Shown here: in pieces, positions 1-9,136 of the stretch
Position numbering within the stretch: position 1 is the stretch's first letter
How the letters are laid out: every line of letters begins with the position of its first letter
Origin: Bacillales bacterium UBA4691
GTDB lineage: Bacteria; Bacillota_I; Bacilli_A; RFN20; CAG-826
Length of the DNA: 64,000 nucleotides
NCBI GenBank assembly: GCA_002404865.1
Contig: DHKP01000009.1
Location: 64,806-128,805 of the forward strand
Direction of reading: 5' to 3'
Program-made: the position numbers and the translations under genes
The notes under the pieces: generated by a model
The model's database searches: none
The model's input: only the letters and a program-made list of their open reading frames with translations
What the model was told of the DNA's origin: nothing

Positions 1-51
1 GGAACGTTTTTTTCTTTTTAGGAAATTTTTCTCATTATGAAAGAAATGCCT

Positions 52-936
52 CTATTTCGTTTTCTTTAACGTGTGGGTAATAATCGTCGTATATCCTTCG
101 TTTTCAAGCTTACGAGAAGCGTCTTTAATGGCTTTCATATTTTTGCTTAACGCAAAACAAGCACTTCCTGATCCCGTCATCATCGAGGCGAGGAGCCCAA
201 ACGATTTTAACTCGTTTACAACATGCTCCACTTCGGGGAGGAGCTTCTTCGCGGGTTCATACAAATCGTTTTGCATTGACTTGGATAAAAGGTCTAAATC
301 ACCGTTTTCTAATGCTTTTTTTACGTTATTTGTTTCATCGATTTCATGCCGGAATTCAAAGGAATCGGCTTCGCCATAAACCGCTTTGGTGCTAAGGCCT
401 TGCTTTGGCTTAATAAGCAAACAGATGTATTGTTCTTTCAATGGAAAGGGGCTGATTTTCTCGCCGATCCCAGACACGATCGCAGGTTCGTTATAGAAAA
501 AGAACGGAACATCCGCGCCGATGGATAAGGCGATTCTTTCAAGGGTCTCATTGGATGCGTTCAAACGCAAAATGCGGTTAACGCCTTGAATAATCGCTGC
601 CGCGTTGCTGCTCCCTCCGCCTAAGCCTGCTGCATAAGGGATTTCTTTATGAATCGCAATGTTGAATTGATCTTTAAAATGAAATTCTTCGCGCATTGCG
701 TTAAGTGCCTTCATGCAAAGATTATGACGGTTATTGCGCAGCCCGATATCGTCACAAGTGATAAAAGAGTCAGGGGAATTAGGTGTTTTGCATAATTCGA
801 TAACGTCATGCAATTCAAGCGGCAAGAACACCATTTCCAATTGATGATAGCCATCGTCTTGCTTCCCTAAAATATGAAGCGAGACATTAATCTTGGCGTG
901 AGAATGGATAACCAAAGAACTTGGAGCAAACAGCAT
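52..936 (-). CDS. ispE: 4-diphosphocytidyl-2-C-methyl-D-erythritol kinase (GHMP kinase family)
   Basis: 294-aa ORF. It has N-terminal KINVSLHILGK..DGYH and the GHMP motif AAGLGGGSSNAAA. It lies downstream of tatD-rnmV-rsmA, as in the Bacillus yabD-rnmV-ksgA...ispE neighbourhood. Confidence 0.85.
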   Translation of the reverse strand: MLFAPSSLVIHSHAKINVSLHILGKQDDGYHQLEMVFLPLELHDVIELCKTPNSPDSFITCDDIGLRNNRHNLCMKALNAMREEFHFKDQFNIAIHKEIPYAAGLGGGSSNAAAIIQGVNRILRLNASNETLERIALSIGADVPFFFYNEPAIVSGIGEKISPFPLKEQYICLLIKPKQGLSTKAVYGEADSFEFRHEIDETNNVKKALENGDLDLLSKSMQNDLYEPAKKLLPEVEHVVNELKSFGLLASMMTGSGSACFALSKNMKAIKDASRKLENEGYTTIITHTLKKTK

Positions 937-967
937 AGTGCGAGATTGATAATACTAGTAATTTTTG

Positions 968-1771
968 TCAGTGCAATATCGACAATAATTTTAAGTAACT
1001 ATTTAAGTCAATTTCTTCAGGGCGCTTGCTAGGTAAAATCCCACATTGCGATAAAGCGTCCTTTGCTTTTTCTTCGTCTTTTAAGTAAAAAGAAAGATTG
1101 TTCAATATCGTTTTGCGGCGATGCAAGAAAAGCGCGGAAGCGAAAGAATATAGAGCGTTAGCCAATTCGATAGAGGCGCCTTCTTTAAACGTTAAGGTGA
1201 AAACCAAGGAATCGACATGTGGGGATGGGGTGAAAGAAGTTCTAGGAACGACAAATTCCTTTTTGATGATACTTCGATACGCGATTAATAGAGATAATGG
1301 CCCATATCCTTCTTGTTTAGGCAAAGATGATAAACGCGAAAATACTTCTTTTTGCACCATTATTGTAGAGATTTTACAACTTGAAGCGTTTAGAAGAACT
1401 CTCTCTAAAAGAGAAGAAGTGATGTAATAAGGGAGATTTCCGATAATTTTTGTAAACGGCGACATATCGTATTTCAACGCGTTTGCTTGATAAATAGACA
1501 CATTGGTAAAACCTTCAAAATCGTTTTTTAATTTCGTAATGAGTCCTTCATCGATATCAATCAATGTCGTAGGAACGTTATGCATCGCTAAATAGAAGGA
1601 GAGCGAACCTGCCCCACTGCCGATTTCTAATACGCGATCATCATGATCGACCTTTAATAAATCAACGATTCGTTTAGAAACATTTTTATCGATTAGAAAG
1701 TTTTGCCCTACTTCGTGCTTAGCTAATAATTTATATTCAGCGATGGTTTCAAAATAGCGATTCTCATCCAT
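968..1771 (-). CDS. rsmA: 16S rRNA (adenine1518/1519-N6)-dimethyltransferase
   Basis: 267-aa ORF with GQNFL, the SAM motif VLEIGSGAGSLS and GNLPYYITS, which are KsgA/RsmA signatures. It overlaps rnmV by 8 nt. Confidence 0.9.
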   Translation of the reverse strand: MDENRYFETIAEYKLLAKHEVGQNFLIDKNVSKRIVDLLKVDHDDRVLEIGSGAGSLSFYLAMHNVPTTLIDIDEGLITKLKNDFEGFTNVSIYQANALKYDMSPFTKIIGNLPYYITSSLLERVLLNASSCKISTIMVQKEVFSRLSSLPKQEGYGPLSLLIAYRSIIKKEFVVPRTSFTPSPHVDSLVFTLTFKEGASIELANALYSFASALFLHRRKTILNNLSFYLKDEEKAKDALSQCGILPSKRPEEIDLNSYLKLLSILH

Positions 1772-2297
1772 GTAACGCTTCCTCCAAATCTTTTTTCGTG
1801 AGTCCTAAGGCATTAGCCCGTTTTAGTAGCGACTTCCCATTCGTGAACCCAAGATGAAATTTGGCACTGATTTTTTCACGGTTTCTTGTCGCTTCATCGC
1901 TTGATACTAGATGCAAATCAAATAAGTCTTGGTAAGTTAATGACGCTTTCCCTTCATAATGGGAGGGAACTAGATGACTAAGTGCTTCGAGGATTACGTC
2001 TTTACTAGATTCAGCGACTCCTACTTTATGGTGTTTGATCGCTTTTTCTTTTGGAATATACGCGTGAAGCAAGCCAGGAATGCTCTCGTCTAAAATATCG
2101 CGAATCCGTTTCCCTGGAGAATCAGGGTCAGTAAGAACCACAACATCACGTATTTTTATCGATTCTTTGATGAAGTTTATTGTTTCACGTGAAACTTCAG
2201 AGCCGTTGGTGATAACAATATCAGCGTCAAGAAAAGACTCGATTAAATCTTTGTCGGTCTTTCCTTCTACAACAAGTAGCGCAGGGTATCTATTCAT
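1764..2297 (-). CDS. rnmV: Ribonuclease M5 (Toprim domain, 5S rRNA maturation)
   Basis: 177-aa ORF with LVVEGKTDKDLIESF and VLTDPDSPGKRIR Toprim motifs. It sits between tatD and rsmA, as in Bacilli. Confidence 0.85.
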   Translation of the reverse strand: MNRYPALLVVEGKTDKDLIESFLDADIVITNGSEVSRETINFIKESIKIRDVVVLTDPDSPGKRIRDILDESIPGLLHAYIPKEKAIKHHKVGVAESSKDVILEALSHLVPSHYEGKASLTYQDLFDLHLVSSDEATRNREKISAKFHLGFTNGKSLLKRANALGLTKKDLEEALHG

Positions 2298-3076
2298 TGT
2301 TTTGGCTCCACGTGAAACAAAGAAGCGACATTATCACGAATCGCTTCCGTTATTTCTTCTACGCTTAATTGTTTCAAAAACGCGATTTGATTGACGATTT
2401 CTTTAACGTAAGCGGGGTGATTTTCTTTTCCGCGGTATGGCACTGGGGATAAGTATGGCGAATCGGTTTCGCTTAATATTCTATCAAGCGGACAGAGGAT
2501 TACATTTTCTTTCGGCACTACGGCGTTTTTGTAGGTTATTGGCCCATCAAATCCGAAATAGAGGCCTAATTTAGTGAATTCATGAAGGAGTTCGCTAGAG
2601 CCGCTATAGCAATGCAAAACCGCATGATGGATGAGCGGATGCTCTTTTAGCAAAAGCAAGGTTTCTTCGCTCGCATCACGAGAATGAATGCTGACAGGCA
2701 AGGAAAGTTCGTTTGCCAAAGCAATTTGTTTGATGAACCATTCTTTTTGCAAATCATGGTTCATTTTTTCTTTATTCCAATGATAGTCGAGGCCAATTTC
2801 GCCAATCGCAACAACTTTTTTGTCCTTGGCGAGTTCTTTTATTTCAAGCAAAGAGCTTTCTTTTTCTTCTTCGATATTTTCAGGATGGATTCCAACCGCT
2901 GCGTAAACGTTGGGGAATTCGTGTGTGATCATAACGGCTTTGCGGCTGCTTTCTAAATTCCAGCCCGGGACAATAAAAAGATTTACCCCCTCTTTCATAG
3001 CTTCTTCAATGATTTCTTTCCTATGAGGGAAAAGAGAATCGTCATTGATGTGGCAATGCGTATCAATGTAGGTCAT
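2294..3076 (-). CDS. tatD: TatD-family metal-dependent DNase/hydrolase
   Basis: 260-aa ORF with IDTHCHIND at the N-terminus, GEIGLDYHW, and SIHSRDA..LHCYSG..ETDSPYL motifs. Confidence 0.85.
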   Translation of the reverse strand: MTYIDTHCHINDDSLFPHRKEIIEEAMKEGVNLFIVPGWNLESSRKAVMITHEFPNVYAAVGIHPENIEEEKESSLLEIKELAKDKKVVAIGEIGLDYHWNKEKMNHDLQKEWFIKQIALANELSLPVSIHSRDASEETLLLLKEHPLIHHAVLHCYSGSSELLHEFTKLGLYFGFDGPITYKNAVVPKENVILCPLDRILSETDSPYLSPVPYRGKENHPAYVKEIVNQIAFLKQLSVEEITEAIRDNVASLFHVEPKQ

Positions 3077-4401
3077 TTTCCAACGCAGAAGCGCGAGAAA
3101 ATCTCATCGGTGAGATCTGTCGTGACTTCTTCCCCCAATAACTCTCTAGCCGCATTATAAGAGGCGGATAAATTCACGGAAATCAGATCGATTGGCAATT
3201 TTGCCGCGCAATCGCTTTCCGCTTCTGAAAGGCATTTATCAATTTTTCTAAGTAAGCCTAATTCTCTTACGTTGCTTAAAGAAGGGTTTACGTAAGCTTC
3301 GCTAGAAACGCCTAGTGTCTCGTATATTTTATCGAGTAAGGGCTGGATTTTGCCTTCAAGGGCTGAAATATAAAGCGCGCCTTCTTTCTTCTCTTTGACC
3401 AAATCGCTTTTGTTATAAACCAAAATCGTTTTCTTGTCTTTCGCGTAATCAAGAATCTTTTCGTCCACTTCTTGCAGTCCTTTCGTTGCATCAAGAAGGA
3501 GAATAACTAAGTCTGCTTCTTCAATCATCTTTTGGCTTTTGACCATACCAAGCGCTTCCAAAGCATCTCCTTCTTCGCGAATTCCAGCGGTATCTAATAG
3601 ATGGAGCGGAATTCCCTGAAGATTGAGTTCCCCCTCTACGACATCGCGCGTTGTGCCAGGGATATTGCTAACAATCGCTTTATCTTCATGAAGAAGCGCG
3701 TTTAATAAACTTGATTTGCCGACATTTGGCTCACCAACCAAGGCGACTTTCACGCCTTGTCGAATGATGATGCCTTCTTCTCCGCCCGCGATAAGCTTTT
3801 GCACTTCTTCCCGAATCGGCTTAATGGCTTTTGCGATAGTATCAACGTTCGCTTCTTCGATGTCTTCGTATTCTGGATAATCAATATTAACTTCCACTAG
3901 AGCAAGAAGATCCGCCAAAGACTTTTTCAAAGGAGCAATCAAAGAACTAGTCTTCCCGAGCAAGGACATCAAAGAAAGATTTTTCGCTTCTTTTGTCGTG
4001 GCATTGATAAGGTCATTCACGGATTCGGCTTCCACAAGATCCATTTTGCCGTTATAAAAAGCACGCATGGAGAACTCGCCGCGCGTAGCGTAATTCGCCC
4101 CACGTTTTAAATAACAGCCGATGATTTGATTGGCGATGAGGACGCTGCCGTGACAAGTGATTTCCACAACATTTTCCCCAGTCATCGTATGAGGGGCTGG
4201 ATAAGCAATAAGAACGACGGAATCGATAATCTCATCGCCTTCATGAATATTGCCAAGGAAAACGGACCTCTTTTCGAGGCCCGATATCTTGTGGGTAAAA
4301 ATTTCATCTGTGATACTAAAGGCTTCGTCACCACTAACACGAATTAAATGCAAAGCACATTTAAGAGGGGCAGTGGCTAGCGCGACAATCACGTTCCCCA
4401 T
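3073..4401 (-). CDS. mnmE: tRNA uridine-5-carboxymethylaminomethyl modification GTPase MnmE
   Basis: 442-aa ORF with G1 motif GEPNVGKSSLLNAL, DTAGIRE, NKSDL and the C-terminal CVGK tetrapeptide. Confidence 0.9.
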   Translation of the reverse strand: MGNVIVALATAPLKCALHLIRVSGDEAFSITDEIFTHKISGLEKRSVFLGNIHEGDEIIDSVVLIAYPAPHTMTGENVVEITCHGSVLIANQIIGCYLKRGANYATRGEFSMRAFYNGKMDLVEAESVNDLINATTKEAKNLSLMSLLGKTSSLIAPLKKSLADLLALVEVNIDYPEYEDIEEANVDTIAKAIKPIREEVQKLIAGGEEGIIIRQGVKVALVGEPNVGKSSLLNALLHEDKAIVSNIPGTTRDVVEGELNLQGIPLHLLDTAGIREEGDALEALGMVKSQKMIEEADLVILLLDATKGLQEVDEKILDYAKDKKTILVYNKSDLVKEKKEGALYISALEGKIQPLLDKIYETLGVSSEAYVNPSLSNVRELGLLRKIDKCLSEAESDCAAKLPIDLISVNLSASYNAARELLGEEVTTDLTDEIFSRFCVGK

Positions 4402-4411
4402 AATGTAAGGA

Positions 4412-5656
4412 CTATTCCTTTCTTAGCTTTCCAGAGACTGCGTGAATCCGAATGCTTCCGCCTTTGGTTCTCACTAAGCTTTTTGCGTATGTGATAGCTT
4501 CTTCTTGCGTCTCAAAAAGTTTTATTGCTCTTTCCCCGGCCGCTAACTTGACTTGCCATTTTCCGTTTTGTTGTTTGCTAACATGGTAAACGCGGGGGAG
4601 AGAACGTGTAGGAGTGTCTTCTCCACGCTCTTTTATAGAAGATAGTTCTTTCTTCGTTTTAAGAATGATTACTTTTTTGACGTTCTTTTTATTAGGCGTT
4701 TGTATTGCTTCTTCGTTATTAGAAGGGGCAATAGGAGCGGAGATGGCTGGTTCTTCTTTTGTTTCTTCTACCTTTTCAGTCGTGACAGTATCCTCTTTTT
4801 TCTCCTCTAGGGTGTCGGCTTTCTCGATTTTTGGTTCTTCCACCGTTTCCTTTTCCGTTTCGATTTCAGGAGTATTCGCTTCTTCTTCATCTTCGTCAAT
4901 CACAGGGTCCTTTGTTTGAGGAACGGCAAATTTGCGGATAAAGTTTCGATTGGCAAGTAAAAACATCGTCGATAACAAAATCGCAACAACACCAATACCA
5001 ATAATAATGAGGGTCTTTTGTAGAGAGAAAGTGCTAAATAAGAAAGGCTCAAATAGGAAAATATCAGGGAATGAAGCGTTCCCTGGCGCGACGAAAACAT
5101 AATCGAACAAAGCGATGAATCCAAAGTAGAGAACCCCTGGAATCAAGCCAAAGAAAGAATTACGGAATTTGATTTTTGGCTCAAGCTCGAAGAATAAATA
5201 ATCAAAAACAACAAGAAGAGGTGCAATAGCAGTAAAGAATAGAGGACCGCGATAATCAATGAGAATTTGAACAAAATAGGCGCGATCTATAGAGGAAAAC
5301 CCAAGAGATTGGATTCCAAGAACAAAAGCGTCGACTAAAAAATAGTTAATCACAGCCAAAAATGATAGGCCGGCGGAAAGCATCTTTAAAACACCAACGA
5401 ATTTCGAAGTTGGTTTATCGGTCGTGATACTTACAATATGGGAAAATGCGGTAATCAAAGCAACCAAAGCGGCAAATAACCCCGCAATAACCCCAAATTC
5501 AAACAAATAATCTAACGGTTTGAGATTAGCAAAAAAATCTTTACTCGCTCCTTGAAGCGGCAAAAAGCCCAATATCATATTGAGCGAAGCAAACCCAATC
5601 GCGCCGATGATTAAGAAATTCAAGATTAGCGAGAACACATATTTCCCTTTTTTCAT
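4412..5656 (-). CDS. Multi-pass membrane protein with an acidic linker and a C-terminal DUF2188-like domain
   Basis: The track ORF runs to 5698. The ATG at 5656 (MKKGKYVF) is preferred because GGAGGGA lies 6-7 nt upstream. The protein has about 8 hydrophobic segments, an E/K/T-rich low-complexity linker, and a C-terminal YHVSKQQNGKWQVKLAGGERAIKLFETQEEAITYAK.. region matching the DUF2188 pattern from memory. Confidence 0.6.
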   Translation of the reverse strand: MKKGKYVFSLILNFLIIGAIGFASLNMILGFLPLQGASKDFFANLKPLDYLFEFGVIAGLFAALVALITAFSHIVSITTDKPTSKFVGVLKMLSAGLSFLAVINYFLVDAFVLGIQSLGFSSIDRAYFVQILIDYRGPLFFTAIAPLLVVFDYLFFELEPKIKFRNSFFGLIPGVLYFGFIALFDYVFVAPGNASFPDIFLFEPFLFSTFSLQKTLIIIGIGVVAILLSTMFLLANRNFIRKFAVPQTKDPVIDEDEEEANTPEIETEKETVEEPKIEKADTLEEKKEDTVTTEKVEETKEEPAISAPIAPSNNEEAIQTPNKKNVKKVIILKTKKELSSIKERGEDTPTRSLPRVYHVSKQQNGKWQVKLAAGERAIKLFETQEEAITYAKSLVRTKGGSIRIHAVSGKLRKE

Positions 5657-5759
5657 AATGTAATCCCTCCTATATAGAAAGATAGCTGCTCTTTCCAAAT
5701 GACAAGATAAGTATAATCCCTACGTATTAATAAGATATATAAAAAACAAAAAAATTAGT

Positions 5760-5875
5760 GCTAAGAATAACGATTTTACATTTCAGGTTGAATAGAAAAT
5801 TTAAAAACCTATTTATTTATCGTATGTTTTTTCGTTTTGTAAAACGCTAAGAATTATTCTTAAATATTTCAGGTT
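5760..5875. repeat. Two 30-nt imperfect direct repeats, GCTAAGAAT-N12-ATTTCAGGTT
   Basis: The copies are at 5760-5789 and 5846-5875. They share identical 9-nt and 10-nt arms around a divergent 11-12-nt core. They lie 100-220 nt upstream of the minus-strand membrane gene that starts at 5656. Confidence 0.5.
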
Positions 5876-5944
5876 ATGGTTTCGCTAAAGAATTTAACTG
5901 CTTTGTGGTAGATAATTCAAATTAATTTGCTCGGATTTTTCATT

Positions 5945-5976
5945 GAAAAAAGAGGTGCGATTTTGCACCTCTTTTC
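5945..5976 (-). terminator. Intrinsic terminator after jag (bidirectional hairpin)
   Basis: AGAGGTGC (5951-5958) pairs with GCACCTCT (5965-5972) around a 6-nt loop. An A-run on the plus strand gives a U-run on the minus strand, and a T-run follows on the plus strand. Confidence 0.75.
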
Positions 5977-5978
5977 CG

Positions 5979-6578
5979 TTATTCTACGTAACGAATTGCT
6001 ACGGCTCGTTCAGCACCTTCGCCACTACTCTCGGTTTTGATATGTTCCATACCATTTAAGGCATTATGGATGACACGTCTTTCATCAGGAGTCATTGGAT
6101 CAAGTTGAACATCGACGTGACTCTTGAGAACTTGATTCGCGGTGCGTTTTGCCAAATAAGTAAGACGGGAATATTTATCTTCTTTATAACCGCCGACATC
6201 AAGGAGAATCCTATAACGGTGGCGGAAATGGTTTGAGACGGCCAAGCGGTCTAATTCATTAAGTGCTTGAAGAGTCCGCCCGTTTTTGCCAATCAACACC
6301 GGATTGCGTTTGCTATCAATGGAAACATGAATAATATCATCTTCAATCGCGCTGGTTGCGCTAGCTTCAATCCCCATCGCGTTCAACGCATCAATGAGGT
6401 ATTGTTTCGCAAATTCCGCCGCATCTTCGATTGTATAAACAACAATCGTGGCTTTTTTAGAGAATAGCCCTTTCTTCTCTTCGATTACTTTATAAATGAG
6501 ACGCTCCGCTGGAATGCCTAATTCAAGGCTAGCGGCTTGCAAACATTCTTCAATTGCTTTTCCTGAATATTCCTTCAT
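5979..6578 (-). CDS. jag: KhpB/Jag RNA-binding protein (Jag_N, KH, R3H)
   Basis: 199-aa ORF with a KH-like region (IGKNGRTLQALN) and an R3H-like C-terminus (ERRVIHNAL). It lies immediately downstream of yidC, which is conserved yidC-jag synteny. Confidence 0.85.
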   Translation of the reverse strand: MKEYSGKAIEECLQAASLELGIPAERLIYKVIEEKKGLFSKKATIVVYTIEDAAEFAKQYLIDALNAMGIEASATSAIEDDIIHVSIDSKRNPVLIGKNGRTLQALNELDRLAVSNHFRHRYRILLDVGGYKEDKYSRLTYLAKRTANQVLKSHVDVQLDPMTPDERRVIHNALNGMEHIKTESSGEGAERAVAIRYVE

Positions 6579-6590
6579 GTGTTTTTACCT

Positions 6591-8204
6591 CTAATTTTTC
6601 TTCTTTTTTGCTCTTGCTATGAAAAGTTGAGTCAATGCAGTTTGCCCCATGGAAATAATGGCGCCGATCGCCCAATAAACACCCATAGCGGCAGGCAATA
6701 GGAAGCCGGTGATGATGGTGAATATAAGCATACCATAGCTAATCCACTTCATTTGACTTGTGGTTTTGTCTTGTGCTGGGTTTTTCGAAAGCTTAGGCAT
6801 ATTTTTCTGTCTACGCTTGTTGATCCATTGAGGTAGCATCATCGCAAAGAATTGCGTTGCAGCCATGATAATGAACAAAACCAAGGCCGACCACCAGCCG
6901 GTTGTGTTGAGATACCAAGTCCCGGTTGTGTTGAAAAGAACGTCTTTGATGCTATCGGAAAGACGGAGATTCAAAAACGAACCGCTAGAAAGAACCGCGC
7001 TGCCTTGCAAGGCATTCCAAACCGCAATGAAAACAGGGAATTGGATAAACAAGAACAAAATAGAGGAGAAGGGGGAAACTTTATTTCTTCGATATAGTGC
7101 CATTTGCTCTTGCTGCATTCTGGCCCTTTCGGAAGTATTGGTATTGCTATTAGGATATTTGGCCTGAATCTTCGTGAGCTCTGGTTGCAACATCTGAATT
7201 TTTTGTTGATCCATTGTGCTCTTAAAGGTGATGAGCATCAAAACTGCGCGAACAATTAACGTTACAAAGATGATAGACCAAATTTGACCCACACCCGTTA
7301 AATTCGGATCCATGCCGAAGGCGAATGTATCAACCATCCAAGCAACCGGGTAAACGATGAGACCTTCTAAGAAGCCTTTGCTCCAAGCATCACCATAGCT
7401 CTTGGCACCGATTTTAACTTCCCAGTTACTTTGATTACCGTAATGGCCATATTCGCCATCGCGGGTAGCAACGCAGCTACGATAGGAATTAAGTTTTGTC
7501 TCAATTTGGGACTGATAAAGGCGCGTAAATTCAGCAGTTGGGCATTTCTCGTTCCCCAAGGTGACGCGGAGTTCATTGGTCCACATATTCCAGTTGTACC
7601 AAAATGTTTCTTCGCCTTTTTCGTTTTTACCTAAGAATTTCTCATAGCCGAACGCTCGAAGAATCCCTGGGTTATATTCCGCTTCCGAATTTTCTTCGCC
7701 ATCGCTATCGTTGACCGTAAAAGCGTTAACGTCTTTTGCGGTTAATTGGCTGCGGCTAGTAATGGTTTTCTCGTTTACGACGTATTTGCTGTCGATAGCG
7801 GACTTCACCGCGTTTTCGAGAACTTTTTTATCCATCTCGATGAAGAATTCTTGCGAAGGAATCGCATAATTGTTCGTTTTTGCTTGAGCTAAAACGTTCT
7901 TTACCAAGAAGGTGCTCTTTTTCGCGGTAAAATTCCCGTCTTGATCAACGGGAACGTATTCGTAAAGAATGTCATTGTCGTCAAATACTTGTTTTGCGAC
8001 ACCTTTGTAATCTTCAGGGATTTCGTCTTTGTTGCAATAAACCGTTACGCCTTGCTCATAAGGATAGGCGATATTCGCTTTATCCGCTGTAGAACAAAAA
8101 GTGTTGCAGCCAGTCAACAAAACAGCTGCACCAACAAGGCCAAGTCCCCCGATTAATTTAATTTTATTATCTCGTTTCAATGCCTGTATCTCCGATCTTG
8201 CCAA
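6591..8204 (-). CDS. yidC: YidC/Oxa1-family membrane insertase with a lipobox and a long N-terminal extracytoplasmic domain
   Basis: 537-aa ORF. The signal peptide plus lipobox is LLTGC. The conserved C-terminal core reads PILVTLIVR..QPE..KYP..MMALYRRNKVSP..FIQFPVFIA. The start overlaps the rnpA 3' end by 38 nt. Confidence 0.85.
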   Translation of the reverse strand: MARSEIQALKRDNKIKLIGGLGLVGAAVLLTGCNTFCSTADKANIAYPYEQGVTVYCNKDEIPEDYKGVAKQVFDDNDILYEYVPVDQDGNFTAKKSTFLVKNVLAQAKTNNYAIPSQEFFIEMDKKVLENAVKSAIDSKYVVNEKTITSRSQLTAKDVNAFTVNDSDGEENSEAEYNPGILRAFGYEKFLGKNEKGEETFWYNWNMWTNELRVTLGNEKCPTAEFTRLYQSQIETKLNSYRSCVATRDGEYGHYGNQSNWEVKIGAKSYGDAWSKGFLEGLIVYPVAWMVDTFAFGMDPNLTGVGQIWSIIFVTLIVRAVLMLITFKSTMDQQKIQMLQPELTKIQAKYPNSNTNTSERARMQQEQMALYRRNKVSPFSSILFLFIQFPVFIAVWNALQGSAVLSSGSFLNLRLSDSIKDVLFNTTGTWYLNTTGWWSALVLFIIMAATQFFAMMLPQWINKRRQKNMPKLSKNPAQDKTTSQMKWISYGMLIFTIITGFLLPAAMGVYWAIGAIISMGQTALTQLFIARAKKKKN

Positions 8205-8520
8205 GAGTATCTATGAGTTCTTCCCTATTAGAAACGAACTCATCCGTTTTATACGATACCCGAACGATAATTACAATATCGTAAGGGAGGTTGAGGGACA
8301 AATCAGAGCCAATCATCGCCCGAATTTGTCGTTTGATGCGATTTCTTGTCACGGCATTGCCATTCTTTTTGCTAACGGTAATGCCAACGCGAGTCAAAAG
8401 CGTTTCTTTTTTGTGGTAATAAACAACAAAGTGTTTGCTTTTGACGGCACGGGATTCATGAATGATGGAATCGAATTCTTGGTGTTTTCTCACTCGATTG
8501 ATGCGTTTCATAAAGCCCAT
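8167..8520 (-). CDS. rnpA: Ribonuclease P protein component
   Basis: 117-aa basic ORF with the RNR motif (AVTRNRIKRQIR), directly downstream of rpmH. Confidence 0.9.
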   Translation of the reverse strand: MGFMKRINRVRKHQEFDSIIHESRAVKSKHFVVYYHKKETLLTRVGITVSKKNGNAVTRNRIKRQIRAMIGSDLSLNLPYDIVIIVRVSYKTDEFVSNREELIDTLGKIGDTGIETR

Positions 8521-8549
8521 TAAAACAGAAAAAGGCCTATCAAAAGGTC

Positions 8550-8684
8550 TTAATCAGCGATTTTTGCGCGGCCTTTGGCTCTACGACGAGCGAGAACCTG
8601 ACGGCCATTATGGGTTGCCATTCTGGCGCGGAAGCCGGCTTTGTTACTGTGCTTCACTTTAGAAGGCTGATAGGTTTTTTTCAT
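8550..8684 (-). CDS. rpmH: 50S ribosomal protein L34
   Basis: This gene is below the ORF-track cutoff. Hand translation of the minus strand gives [44 protein letters not shown] (44 aa + TAA). A GGAGGAAAA RBS lies upstream (complement of 8691-8699). Confidence 0.95.
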   Translation of the reverse strand: MKKTYQPSKVKHSNKAGFRARMATHNGRQVLARRRAKGRAKIAD

Positions 8685-8854
8685 ACGCTTTTCCTCCGAG
8701 TTTTACGTGCGTGCGGTATAGATTATAGGTATTTCGACTATCCTAAGCAACGAAAAACAGGCGAAAGAGTCCTAATCACTACACATAAATATAATACGCG
8801 CGCGCAAAAAGCGGGTATAAGCAATGCGCCATTTTTCTATGAAAAAGTGTTGTT

Positions 8855-9075
8855 GATATTTTTTCCACATTTTGTGTATAACGTAAAATAAGTCCGATAA
8901 TACCTATATTAATTTTGAAATAGTAAATGTGATGAAAACCCTTACAATTTGTAGTTTTCCACATTCTTGAATATTAGCGAAGTTTTCCACAAGTTTTCCA
9001 CATTGTGGGGAGGTGGAAAACTGCTTTTATCCCATGAAATCAAAGGTTATTTCCTTTTAAAATGTGGAAAAAATA
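8855..9075. promoter_or_regulatory. oriC part 1: DnaA-box cluster upstream of dnaA
   Basis: Perfect TTTTCCACA copies are at 8861-8869, 8955-8963, 8983-8991 and 8994-9002. An inverted TGTGGAAAA is at 9063-9071. Near-copies are TGTGTATAA at 8873-8881 and GGTGGAAAA at 9012-9020. This is the rpmH-dnaA intergenic location, and the coding strand switches here. Confidence 0.85.
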
Positions 9076-9136
9076 ATTTCTTTTCTTTTTTCGTGTTTTT
9101 CCTTAGGGAATGTGCTAAATTTTTCGCGGTCGAATT

